IMG/VR virus record: IMGVR_UViG_3300009126_000404
Location: 32,001-96,000 of that record
DNA length: 64,000 nucleotides
DNA from: a virus
Direction: 5' to 3' (one strand)
Position numbers and translations under genes: made by a program. Under the pieces are notes generated by a model. It did no database searches. It was not told the origin of the DNA and saw only the letters and a program-made list of their open reading frames with translations. Numbering within the stretch: the stretch's first letter is position 1; every line of letters begins with the position of its first letter. Below are positions 1 through 9,239 of the stretch, piece by piece.

Positions 1-1041
1 TGGGATAATGCACCAAAAGATAATTTTGAAGACGGAATTTATACAAAAGATATATCAAAAGAATTTATTTCTTCTTTGCCATCTTCACTGGCCAAGCAAG
101 TACTTACTGAATTAAAAAGCCCAGAAGCACACGAATTATTACTCCAACATTATAACATAGATTATAGTACTGGCTATAATGCTAGTCTTGTATTTGACTA
201 TTGTGACCCGGCAGGACTTAATGAAGAACACAATGATGCAGGTCCACGTAAAGACACTTTAACATTACAATATTATTTGCAAGTAGACGATGCATCAAGG
301 TCATTGTATTTAAATGATATGGACACAGGTGCCACATCTAGTGATGCAGTTATATTTAAAAGTCAACCTCACACGATGCATAGTTTTAAAGCTGGCCCAG
401 GAAAACGATTCAGTTTACGTTTACGTATAGGAACTAATATATTAAATCCATCAGTTATACAAAATAAAAGTAACAGCAAAATTGGTGTATTAATTGATTG
501 CAAAGATATGGAAAGTGATAGTTTGCATAAATTATTAGAAGTCAACTTAGGTGCAGTAACATATAGAAATTTAATTCAACATGGATTTAGCAATATTGTA
601 GTTTTTAGAGATCGTAATGATTTTAACGTAGCAAAAAACTTATTAAAAGAACATGGTGTAGAAAGAATACTACTAGTATTTGCTGGTGCAACTGTAAATG
701 AACAAACATTAGACGCAGTAATATCAGCAAAACACATAACAGCACCAGTTGACGGTGATACAGTACTTCGTCAATTTGTAGTATTTGATATTAATGATAG
801 TGAGTTTGATATAGTAGGCGATTATTTAGGTAATGTTAAAAACAAAATAACTCATGCTGACATGATGGATTTAGGTATTGCTGTATTACATCCTGACAAA
901 GAAACTGTAGATTTTTTAGGAGAAATTAGCGAATACATGATACCAAATGGATTAGATGATAATATGAGTGACTATGATAAACAACTAGCAAATATTATTA
1001 AAAAAAGAGTAAGTAAAATAGAATATGAAGACACAAGTTGA
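1..1041 (+). CDS. 5'-truncated protein: 2OG-Fe(II) oxygenase domain fused to an uncharacterised C-terminal domain
   Basis: Frame is open from base 1 (WDNAPKD...), so the true start is upstream of the window. HND (HxD), TLQYYL strand, distal H in HTMHS and RFS (RxS) fit the 2OG-Fe(II) fold. Confidence 0.6.
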   Translation, partial: WDNAPKDNFEDGIYTKDISKEFISSLPSSLAKQVLTELKSPEAHELLLQHYNIDYSTGYNASLVFDYCDPAGLNEEHNDAGPRKDTLTLQYYLQVDDASRSLYLNDMDTGATSSDAVIFKSQPHTMHSFKAGPGKRFSLRLRIGTNILNPSVIQNKSNSKIGVLIDCKDMESDSLHKLLEVNLGAVTYRNLIQHGFSNIVVFRDRNDFNVAKNLLKEHGVERILLVFAGATVNEQTLDAVISAKHITAPVDGDTVLRQFVVFDINDSEFDIVGDYLGNVKNKITHADMMDLGIAVLHPDKETVDFLGEISEYMIPNGLDDNMSDYDKQLANIIKKRVSKIEYEDTS

Positions 1042-1609
1042 AATTGAAATTTATGGATATGGTGGTGAATTAGTAATTGGGTCAATTACTAAAGCACAGT
1101 TTGATTATTGGCTTCCATTCATTGATAAAGGAGAAACAGAAGGATTAGATAGTCATTTATTTTGGGACCCATATGATGAAGGTGAAGGCAACCCAATTAC
1201 TGATGAAAAAGATTCTTGTTTTCTTGGATATTGGCATGATATGGACAATATAGCACACTCATGTGGTGCAGATTTAGATTCATGTACAGTTGTAGTAACA
1301 TCATTAGAAACAGGCGATGAAATATTTAAAACAGACGAACCTAATGTATCAGATACTGAACATTATGAAGATACTCAACTTGACCCAGGTTATTACTTTA
1401 AAGGATATGCTTATGAAAAAGGGCAATTTTTTCTTACAGAACTTGAAATAGAAGGTAAATTTGACCCTAATAAATTAACTGTAAGAATAAGCAATATTGA
1501 TGGCAATCATATCATTGATCAGGTAGAATATGACGGAGAATACCTAGAAAATGAAGGTGGAGGCACAAATGGGAAGGGTAATGACTATGAATTTGTCGAA
1601 ATTCCATAG
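1025..1609 (+). CDS. Acidic hypothetical phage protein
   Basis: 194-aa ORF overlapping the previous stop; D/E-rich; no catalytic motif recognised. Confidence 0.75.
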   Translation: MKTQVEIEIYGYGGELVIGSITKAQFDYWLPFIDKGETEGLDSHLFWDPYDEGEGNPITDEKDSCFLGYWHDMDNIAHSCGADLDSCTVVVTSLETGDEIFKTDEPNVSDTEHYEDTQLDPGYYFKGYAYEKGQFFLTELEIEGKFDPNKLTVRISNIDGNHIIDQVEYDGEYLENEGGGTNGKGNDYEFVEIP

Positions 1610-1637
1610 ATTTTACCTAAAAACCGATGTTTCTTGG

Positions 1638-1666
1638 TTGACAAATAACATATTTTCTGTTATTAT
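1638..1666 (+). promoter_or_regulatory. Sigma70-type promoter with extended -10
   Basis: TTGACA 1638-1643, 17-bp spacer, TGnTATTAT 1658-1666; AGGAGA RBS at 1691 before ATG 1702. Confidence 0.8.
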
Positions 1667-1701
1667 ATGTATACAATAACCATAAAAGTCAGGAGACTAC
1701 A

Positions 1702-4395
1702 ATGAAAAAACTTATTGCAACTGCGATAATGGGCATAGCAATTGCCTTTACGTCGCTTTCGGCATCTGCATATACAAGTTATTATGATGCAAATTGGTTC
1801 CAAAACATGGATCAAATGCGTCAAATTAATTTTGCAAAATCAGTCGTACGTAATTATCAGAACATTAATCAAAATTATGCAATTATCTTTGACAAATATT
1901 CTCGTTATAGCCATCTAAGTTGGTATAAAACTATTCAGACACGATATGAATGGCATTTAGGCGAAATCGCCAAGTACAATACTATTATTAATTCAGATAT
2001 TGCACCTAAAGTTGTACGTACTTATGTAGAAGAAGTACCTGGAACAATTATTAATCGTGGTACTATGATCACTACTACAGACAATAATGTTGTTGAAGAA
2101 CAAGATGGTAACACAATTCGAGAGTATGCAGTAATTACTGTTACTCGAACTACACCGGTTACAACTACATATTATACTAATTACAAAACTGTTAGTGTAT
2201 ATGATAACGGTAAAGAAACGTATCAAAACGATGTAAAAATTGATCGTAAAGAAACTATAAATGAAATTGATATACAAGTTGATCGTGAACTTATTAGAGA
2301 ATATGCTCTTGTTATTCCGGAAGAAAAAACGGAAGAACCAGACGCACCTACTATAATTGTATTTACAGAAGCAGAATATCTTGCTAGAGGTGATGTTAAC
2401 TACACAGTAAGTGACAGTTATTACAATGCCGTTAAAACAATGAACAGTAATATTAACGATAGTTACATTGAAAAGTTAGGTGGGTACTTTGGTAACAATC
2501 TAGATAAGATTGGAGCACCAGCGGCATGGTCTCGTGGATACACTGGTGAAGGTAGTATAATTGCAATCTTTGATACTGGTATTGACACAGACCATAGTGA
2601 GTTTGAAGATAGTATTATTGAAGCAAAATGTTTTACAAATGTATGTGAACGTGGACTTGGAACTGTAGAAGATGGTAACAGGTTTGGACACGGAACACAC
2701 GTGGCAGGTATTGCCGCGGCAAACTTAGATGGTGTTGGTACTACAGGTGTAGCCTATGATGCAGACTTACTTATTGGTAAACTTGCATACGATAGTGGGT
2801 ATTTCCAATTTGATAAAATACCTGAGGCAATGAAGTGGGCAGTAGAAAACGGTGCAGATGTAGTAAACATTAGTGCTGGTACAACTACAAGTTGGGCATA
2901 TCGAAACAGTCTTACAGAAATTAGCGAAGGTGTTTACTATGCAGACATGACATTTGGTGATTACAATGTTCTTGGATATAACCAAATATATTCTACAAAT
3001 GGCCATGGTACTGCAATGATTGAGTCAATGAAAGGTCACGAAACTGTAATGGTTCTTGCCGCTGGTAATGATCGACTTGCAGTGGCTAGTCAAGAATCAC
3101 ATATTGCTCTTGATTCTGAAATTGGTGATCGTGTACTTGTAGTTGGTATGTTTGACGAAAGGAAGAACAGCCTTAGTAAGTGGAGCAATGCGGCAGGAAC
3201 TATTTGTCGAGAACTTAATGATGATGGCACTTGTAAATCCGATGCTCTTATTAGCGATAGGTATATTATGGCACCTGGTGTATATATTGCGGCACCAACT
3301 AACAATGGTGAATATACAACACTCACAGGTACATCGATGGCGGCCCCTCATGTAGCAGGTGCAGTTGCAATTGTACATCAAATGTGGCCACATATGACTG
3401 GTGCTAACCTTACTAAACTTTTGCTTAACACGGCAGATACAGAAGTTATTACAAATTACGATCCTAATAAACATGGACAAGGTATGCTAGACTTAGATGA
3501 AGCAACACTACCACAAGGTGCTATTGGATTAGTTACCACAGGTAGAATTGATGATAATAGAGTTAATATAAGTGACAGTGGTGTAATTGCAATGAGTGGT
3601 AATGCAAACATTTCAGCATTAAGTTCAATGATGGTAGCTGATGAGTATGATAGAGATTATTACTTTGACGCTAATAACATGGTACAAACAATAGATACAA
3701 GGACAGCAAGTCCAACATTAGCGGCAATGCATGGCTTCGCTCCAGATTACTACTTAGGTTTTAATGGTGGTAGTATTATTCCTGTAACAAACTCAGGAAC
3801 ACATATTGCACTTAATGATAATAATAACAATGTAAGTATTATGCAAACTTGGAATAAACTTACAGTAGGACTTGTAAACGAATCAGATAGGTTCTTAGGT
3901 AACTTTGCAGATAATGAATTTATGAGAGTTAACAATTCTAATACTGCATATTTTGGATATAGTGATAGCATAGAGTTAAACAATGGTATAAGTGTATTTG
4001 GTAATGCAACAATAGGTGCTACACGACTTGATGTAGACAATAGTTCTATGCTTAAAAGTGCAGATGTTATGATGTCTAATAGTGCTACACTTGGTGTGTC
4101 ACAAACAACAGGTGGCAGTACATTTGGATTTGTAACAAGTATGCCAGTTAGTATTACAAGCGGTGACGCACACTTTAATATTCCTAGCAGTGTTACTCCT
4201 GAAGGTGATGTTGTAAGCACAGACATTAACAGTTCATTAAAGGCTGACAAGAGAGAAATTGATGTTGGAATATTTTATATAAATAGGATTACAGATACAT
4301 CTTCGTGGACGGCAAATGTTGAAATGCGAAATAATTATGCAGGTTTAGATGAAACACAAGTAACTGCAGGTATAACATATAGGTTAGCATTTTAA
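1702..4395 (+). CDS. Secreted subtilisin-like (S8) serine protease with putative C-terminal outer-membrane beta-barrel
   Basis: Signal peptide MKKLIATAIMGIAIAFTSLSASA; catalytic triad FDTGID, HGTHVAG, GTSMAAPHVAG; alternating beta-strand C-terminus ending ITYRLAF. Confidence 0.9.
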   Translation: MKKLIATAIMGIAIAFTSLSASAYTSYYDANWFQNMDQMRQINFAKSVVRNYQNINQNYAIIFDKYSRYSHLSWYKTIQTRYEWHLGEIAKYNTIINSDIAPKVVRTYVEEVPGTIINRGTMITTTDNNVVEEQDGNTIREYAVITVTRTTPVTTTYYTNYKTVSVYDNGKETYQNDVKIDRKETINEIDIQVDRELIREYALVIPEEKTEEPDAPTIIVFTEAEYLARGDVNYTVSDSYYNAVKTMNSNINDSYIEKLGGYFGNNLDKIGAPAAWSRGYTGEGSIIAIFDTGIDTDHSEFEDSIIEAKCFTNVCERGLGTVEDGNRFGHGTHVAGIAAANLDGVGTTGVAYDADLLIGKLAYDSGYFQFDKIPEAMKWAVENGADVVNISAGTTTSWAYRNSLTEISEGVYYADMTFGDYNVLGYNQIYSTNGHGTAMIESMKGHETVMVLAAGNDRLAVASQESHIALDSEIGDRVLVVGMFDERKNSLSKWSNAAGTICRELNDDGTCKSDALISDRYIMAPGVYIAAPTNNGEYTTLTGTSMAAPHVAGAVAIVHQMWPHMTGANLTKLLLNTADTEVITNYDPNKHGQGMLDLDEATLPQGAIGLVTTGRIDDNRVNISDSGVIAMSGNANISALSSMMVADEYDRDYYFDANNMVQTIDTRTASPTLAAMHGFAPDYYLGFNGGSIIPVTNSGTHIALNDNNNNVSIMQTWNKLTVGLVNESDRFLGNFADNEFMRVNNSNTAYFGYSDSIELNNGISVFGNATIGATRLDVDNSSMLKSADVMMSNSATLGVSQTTGGSTFGFVTSMPVSITSGDAHFNIPSSVTPEGDVVSTDINSSLKADKREIDVGIFYINRITDTSSWTANVEMRNNYAGLDETQVTAGITYRLAF

Positions 4396-5033
4396 TGGAA
4401 GTACAGTCAACACAAAACATTTATCAATTTCCAAAAGCAGTAACAATGGATACAGGAATATATAATAAACGAGGCAAACTTGAAGTCATTGCAGGACCCA
4501 TGTTTGCTGGTAAGAGCAGTGAGTTACTTAAACGACTACTCTTTATAGAACACGGTGGACATAAAGTGCTGGTGTTAAAACCGATTGTGGACGACAGATA
4601 TCATAGTGAAAACAAAGATGAAATCGTAACACATAATAAATTAAGACACCCAGCCGTATCAGTAATTGACTTAGAACTAGTCAAAGACAATTACACAATT
4701 AAACCATATAACTTTCATTCAGTGTTTATTGATGAAGTACAATTCTTTGATACAAATGAAACTGTATGGTTTGTAGAAGAAGGTTTACGTTCAGGCGTAA
4801 ACTTTGCAATAGCAGGTCTTGACCAAGACAGCAGAGGAGTGCCATTTGAAACTACCGCACGTATGCTATCATTAGCAGATGAAGTAGTTAAAATTAAAGC
4901 ATTCTGTACAGTATGCGGTATTGATGCTGGTAAAACACAAAGACTAAAAGCAACAAAAAACTCAGAGAGAGTAAAAATTGGTGGTGCTGAATCGTACGAA
5001 CCGAGGTGCCATGAACATTGGGAGCCCAAATAA
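4395..5033 (+). CDS. tdk: Thymidine kinase (TK1 type)
   Basis: GPMFAGKSSELL P-loop, IDEVQF, GLDQD, CxxC...RC zinc site. Confidence 0.95.
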   Translation: MEVQSTQNIYQFPKAVTMDTGIYNKRGKLEVIAGPMFAGKSSELLKRLLFIEHGGHKVLVLKPIVDDRYHSENKDEIVTHNKLRHPAVSVIDLELVKDNYTIKPYNFHSVFIDEVQFFDTNETVWFVEEGLRSGVNFAIAGLDQDSRGVPFETTARMLSLADEVVKIKAFCTVCGIDAGKTQRLKATKNSERVKIGGAESYEPRCHEHWEPK

Positions 5034-5034
5034 A

Positions 5035-5523
5035 ATGAAATACAAATACGTAAGTACAAAAGAGTATGTAGATCAGTTTCCTGTCGCTTATAGGCAATGG
5101 AAGGCTGATAGTCACTGTAACATTATTCATGGATACAGTTTTAGCATGAAGTTTTTCTTCGGTGCAAATGACCTGGATATTCGTAATTGGGTAGCAGATT
5201 ACGGAGGTATGAAAGAACTTAAACAAATGCTACAAGATCAATTTGATCATACACTATTAGTTGCATCAGATGACCCTCATATTGATTGGTATAAAGAAGC
5301 CGAGAAACGTGGCATTGCAAAACTAATTGAACTTCCAAAACTTGGGTGTGAAGGATTAGCAGATCAATTATACAAATATGTAAATGGAATATACATTCCA
5401 GATATGTGGGGGCAATCAGAAGCAAAACGACTATGGTGTTTCAGAGTAGAAGTACGTGAAACACAAACTAATATGGCATATAGAGAAGGTCATAGAGAAG
5501 ATAACGAAGATTTATTTGCATAG
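5035..5523 (+). CDS. queD: 6-carboxy-5,6,7,8-tetrahydropterin synthase (6-PTPS family)
   Basis: SHCNIIHGY (CxxxHG), QFDHTLL; start re-placed at ATG 5035, right after the tdk stop. Confidence 0.85.
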   Translation: MKYKYVSTKEYVDQFPVAYRQWKADSHCNIIHGYSFSMKFFFGANDLDIRNWVADYGGMKELKQMLQDQFDHTLLVASDDPHIDWYKEAEKRGIAKLIELPKLGCEGLADQLYKYVNGIYIPDMWGQSEAKRLWCFRVEVRETQTNMAYREGHREDNEDLFA

Positions 5524-5550
5524 GAGGTGGCATAAAAACTAAATACATAT

Positions 5551-6183
5551 ATGCTACTAAATAGCCCATTAGAAATAGAACTTACAACAAAATGCACTCT
5601 TGGATGCCCTGCTTGTCCACGTAATAATCCTGGAGAGAAAAAAGAAGATTGGGATGTAGGGCATATGGACACAGACCTTGCTAAAAGTTTCGCAAACGAT
5701 TCAGAAGACCGTTCCTATCTTTTTGTAGGATGTTATGGTGATCCAATATATCATCCAGACTTTATAGACATTGTACGATACTATGTGGATAGAAATAAGG
5801 TTCTTACTATCCATACTAATGGTAGTTTTAAAAAACAAAAATGGTGGGACGAATTAGCAAGTCTTAATTGGTCACGTAGGCAAATATTTAACTTTAGTGT
5901 AGATGGACTAGAAGAAACTAATCACTTATACAGAATTCGTGCAAACTGGAAATCCATTATGATGGGAATGAAAACAATGGGAGCACTTCCGTTAGATCGC
6001 AAACCTAATTTAGATTGGAAATATTTGGTATTTCCATACAACAAATATCAAGTAGAAGATGCAAGAAAACTTGCAAATAGTTTAGGAATGGATAGATTTC
6101 TTCCTGTTACAAGTGAAAGAAATATTAAAGATTATCATGCTGATGATCCAGAAATATATAGGTGGCCAAATGATAAAGCCTAG
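5551..6183 (+). CDS. Radical SAM protein (barrel only, no SPASM)
   Basis: CTLGCPAC (CxxxCxxC), GCYGDP, TNG, FSVDG. Confidence 0.9.
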   Translation: MLLNSPLEIELTTKCTLGCPACPRNNPGEKKEDWDVGHMDTDLAKSFANDSEDRSYLFVGCYGDPIYHPDFIDIVRYYVDRNKVLTIHTNGSFKKQKWWDELASLNWSRRQIFNFSVDGLEETNHLYRIRANWKSIMMGMKTMGALPLDRKPNLDWKYLVFPYNKYQVEDARKLANSLGMDRFLPVTSERNIKDYHADDPEIYRWPNDKA

Positions 6184-6490
6184 ATGTTTACTACACAACA
6201 TGCCTATGTTTTTATCTGCTGATAACAAATTAAAGCCTTGTTGTTTTTTAAATCCAATTGAAACATGGAATGAATTTAAAAAATGGGGAGAAGATAATGG
6301 GTTAGATGTAGACGGTGATTTGGATATAACAAAACATAATATAGAAACAATATTAAAAAGTAAAACATGGACTATGTTAATAGAGGGATTTAAAACAGGT
6401 AATACTCCAGAAGAGTGTCATCTTAAATGTGGGCCTGATAGTTATAGCAGTACAAATCAAACTTCCTTACATAGTGACTATAAAAAATAG
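6170..6490 (+). CDS. Stand-alone SPASM/twitch Fe-S domain protein
   Basis: RC...ADNKLKPCC...CHLKC cysteine pattern; ATG at 6170 overlaps the upstream radical SAM gene. Confidence 0.7.
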   Translation: MIKPRCLLHNMPMFLSADNKLKPCCFLNPIETWNEFKKWGEDNGLDVDGDLDITKHNIETILKSKTWTMLIEGFKTGNTPEECHLKCGPDSYSSTNQTSLHSDYKK

Positions 6491-6499
6491 GAAATTAAA

Positions 6500-7279
6500 A
6501 TGAACATAGCAATATTCGGTTGCGGGTTTGTTGGTGGAACAGTAGCAGACTTCTTAGAAGAAACATACCAAGGTAATAAAAATAAAATAGTAAGAGTTGA
6601 TCCATTACTCTATCCAGAACAAGATCCACAAGAAGCGATAGCAAATGCAGATGGTATTATAATTTGTGTACCTACTCCTAGCCTATACTTTGGTGGATGT
6701 GATGATAGTATAATTCAAAAAATTTTAAAACTATGTAACGAAAGCACTCCTATATTACTTAAAAGTACAGTAACACCAGATTTAATACAATCATACCCAG
6801 ACAATGTAGTTTATAATCCAGAGTTTTTAAGAGAAGCACATGCAAAAGAAGACTTTGAAAATCAACATACATTTATATTAGGATACAACGAAGAAGACAC
6901 TATTAGCGAAGTATACGCCAAATGGTGGGCTGGTTTATTTAATAAGGCTGATTGGGATGTAATTTATACAAATAGACGTACTGCAAGTATGATAAAATAC
7001 ACACATAATGCATGGTTGTCTACTAAAGTAGCATGGTTTCACGAGCTATATAGTGAATTACCACCAGGTGTTGACTATGACACTTTATGTAGTGCCTTGG
7101 GTAGATTTCCTACTATTGGCTCGACACATATGCAAGTGCCAAACAGTAATGGAACCCTAGGATATAGTGGTAAATGCTTTCCTAAGGACCTAAAAGCCTT
7201 GACAAAAGTGGTAAAACATAGTATACTTAATACAGTAAAAAAGACTAATGATAAACTTAATAACTCTAAAGGAGAATAA
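6500..7279 (+). CDS. ugd: UDP-glucose/GDP-mannose dehydrogenase family (short form)
   Basis: GCGFVG, CVPTP, KSTV, NPEFLRE, GYSGKCFPKD; the usual C-terminal UDP-binding domain is missing. Confidence 0.85.
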   Translation: MNIAIFGCGFVGGTVADFLEETYQGNKNKIVRVDPLLYPEQDPQEAIANADGIIICVPTPSLYFGGCDDSIIQKILKLCNESTPILLKSTVTPDLIQSYPDNVVYNPEFLREAHAKEDFENQHTFILGYNEEDTISEVYAKWWAGLFNKADWDVIYTNRRTASMIKYTHNAWLSTKVAWFHELYSELPPGVDYDTLCSALGRFPTIGSTHMQVPNSNGTLGYSGKCFPKDLKALTKVVKHSILNTVKKTNDKLNNSKGE

Positions 7280-7280
7280 A

Positions 7281-7760
7281 ATGAAATATATAGTAACACT
7301 GATTGCAAGTATGTTCTTGTTTTCTAATATAGCATATGCTGAAAATATGTACTCTGAAGCAGATGAAGTAAATGCTCATGTGAGACATTATTTTGAAAAT
7401 GTAGAAATACAAACAAAAGTTTCAAATAGAACTTGCCAAGAAATTGATATACCTATATACAAAGATGAGAAATCATCAACTGGTGAAGTACTAGGTGGTG
7501 CAATTATCGGTGGTGTAATTGGTAATCAAATTGGTAAGGGCAAAGGTAACGATGCCGCTACTATTTTAGGTGCAATTTTAGGTGCTGATTTTGCCAATAA
7601 AAAAGGCAATAAAACTATTGTTGGTTATAAAAGAACAACAGTATGTGAAGACAACCCTACATTTGTAACTGAAGTGAAAAAAGTATACACTCACAGTATA
7701 ATTAGGTTCCAACAAAACGGAAAACAGTATAATATTAAATTCATTAAACACGACCAATAG
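7281..7760 (+). CDS. Exported glycine-zipper 2TM domain protein
   Basis: Signal peptide MKYIVTLIASMFLFSNIAYA; LGGAIIGGVIGNQIGKGKGNDAATILGAILG; GGAG RBS. Confidence 0.8.
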   Translation: MKYIVTLIASMFLFSNIAYAENMYSEADEVNAHVRHYFENVEIQTKVSNRTCQEIDIPIYKDEKSSTGEVLGGAIIGGVIGNQIGKGKGNDAATILGAILGADFANKKGNKTIVGYKRTTVCEDNPTFVTEVKKVYTHSIIRFQQNGKQYNIKFIKHDQ

Positions 7761-7771
7761 AGGGCAATATC

Positions 7772-8671
7772 TTGCAAAAACTTAGATATAGTGAAGCATT
7801 CTATTCAGTACAAGGTGAAGGTAAATTCGTAGGAGTACCTAGTGTATTCCTACGTACATTTGGTTGTAACTTTCGTTGTATGAACTTTGGACTAAATAGG
7901 AATGAGCCTAGTCGTGCAGAAAAACATGCACAAGGCAATCGTTATAATGATGAAGTTAAACTTCTATTAGATAATAAAGTACATGAAACTACAACTAATT
8001 TTAATGACTTACCTATTATACATACAGGATGTGACACTTATGCAAGTATCTATCCAGAATTTAAACATTTTAATAAAGAAGGAACAGTAGATGAAGTAGT
8101 AGATCATCTATTAAGTCTAACACCAGAGGGTAAGTGGACTTGCGATAATGGCCAGGATATACATCTTATATTAACTGGTGGCGAACCGTTGTTAGGGTGG
8201 CAACGATTGTACGTCGATTTATTTAATCACCCACGTATGAAGGATTTAAAAAATGTTACATTTGAAACAAACACTACACAACACTTACACAAAGATCTTA
8301 AAGACTTTCTTAGTAATCAAGACAGATTACAGATCACATGGAGCTGTAGTCCTAAACTCTCCGTTAGTGGAGAATCTTGGAGCGATGCTATACTTCCTGA
8401 TGTTGCTACTGAGTATAGTAGCACTAATGGTAGTAGCATTTACCTTAAATTCGTTGTTGCTGATCGTCGTGATATTGATGAAGCTGGTAGAGCAGTTGAT
8501 GAATATCGTAAAGCAGGCTTGGAATGCCCTGTGTACCTTATGCCATTGGGTGGTAGATCAGAAGAATACAATCTTAACGTCAAAGAAGTCGCAGACATCT
8601 GTATGGAACGAGGGTGGAGATTCTCACCCAGATTACACATCAGCCTCTTCGGCAATGCATGGGGAACATAA
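7772..8671 (+). CDS. queE: 7-carboxy-7-deazaguanine synthase (radical SAM)
   Basis: FYSVQGEG..G.PSVFLRTFGCNFRC...GCDT, LTGGEP, ETN, SPKL, RLH; TTG start. Confidence 0.85.
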   Translation: MQKLRYSEAFYSVQGEGKFVGVPSVFLRTFGCNFRCMNFGLNRNEPSRAEKHAQGNRYNDEVKLLLDNKVHETTTNFNDLPIIHTGCDTYASIYPEFKHFNKEGTVDEVVDHLLSLTPEGKWTCDNGQDIHLILTGGEPLLGWQRLYVDLFNHPRMKDLKNVTFETNTTQHLHKDLKDFLSNQDRLQITWSCSPKLSVSGESWSDAILPDVATEYSSTNGSSIYLKFVVADRRDIDEAGRAVDEYRKAGLECPVYLMPLGGRSEEYNLNVKEVADICMERGWRFSPRLHISLFGNAWGT

Positions 8672-8694
8672 AGATCAAATGGAAAGGGCAAGAA

Positions 8695-8847
8695 ATGCAG
8701 GATTATAGAGAAGAACTCGCTAAAGAAATATACTATAATGGATATTATGCAAAAGAAATTCAAGCACAATATCCAAAGTTTGAAGATTATTTAAATTCAG
8801 AAGACTTTGATGAAGATGCACAAAGACTAAGAAACAAATTTGACTAA
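8695..8847 (+). CDS. Small acidic hypothetical protein (50 aa)
   Basis: ATG 8695 after GGAAAGG; coupled to the next ORF by an 8-bp overlap. Confidence 0.55.
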   Translation: MQDYREELAKEIYYNGYYAKEIQAQYPKFEDYLNSEDFDEDAQRLRNKFD

Positions 8848-9037
8848 ACAGGAGAAGTATATGACAAAAATGGATTTTGAATTTCAACAATGGATACAAC
8901 AAACATGGATGGAACATTTAGATGAAAAGTTTCATTGGAAAGAAAAAGTAGATTACACCCAAGAAGAGTGGCTTAAGAAGAATTTAGAGTTTTTAACTAA
9001 CAAGTTTCAAGAAACAAAGGAGAAAGCAAATGGCTAA
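8840..9037 (+). CDS. Small hypothetical protein
   Basis: 65-aa ORF in a translationally coupled run. Confidence 0.6.
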   Translation: MTKQEKYMTKMDFEFQQWIQQTWMEHLDEKFHWKEKVDYTQEEWLKKNLEFLTNKFQETKEKANG

Positions 9038-9239
9038 TATATACAGTGTTTTTAATGTACATACAAGAAAAGTTATCGCAGAAGGGTTTGATAAAAAAGC
9101 AGATGCTAAAGCCAAACGTGATGAACTTTGTAAAGACTCACATGACAAATGGGCTAAGAAAGTTAAAGATGATAAGGATTTAAGTAAACCATTTCCTTAT
9201 ATCGTAGTAAAAGGAACGGAACACCCAAGAGTACTATGA
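9030..9239 (+). CDS. Small basic hypothetical protein
   Basis: 69 aa; AAGGAG RBS; ATGA overlap with metK. Confidence 0.7.
   Translation: MANIYSVFNVHTRKVIAEGFDKKADAKAKRDELCKDSHDKWAKKVKDDKDLSKPFPYIVVKGTEHPRVL

Noticed and set aside
3750-4250. Antisense and alternate-frame ORFs in the track (e.g. 3750-4250, 8253-8708, 37533-38006, 52276-52698, 58759-59127)
   Set aside because: They lie fully within well-supported genes, lack RBSs and motifs, and look like shadow ORFs.
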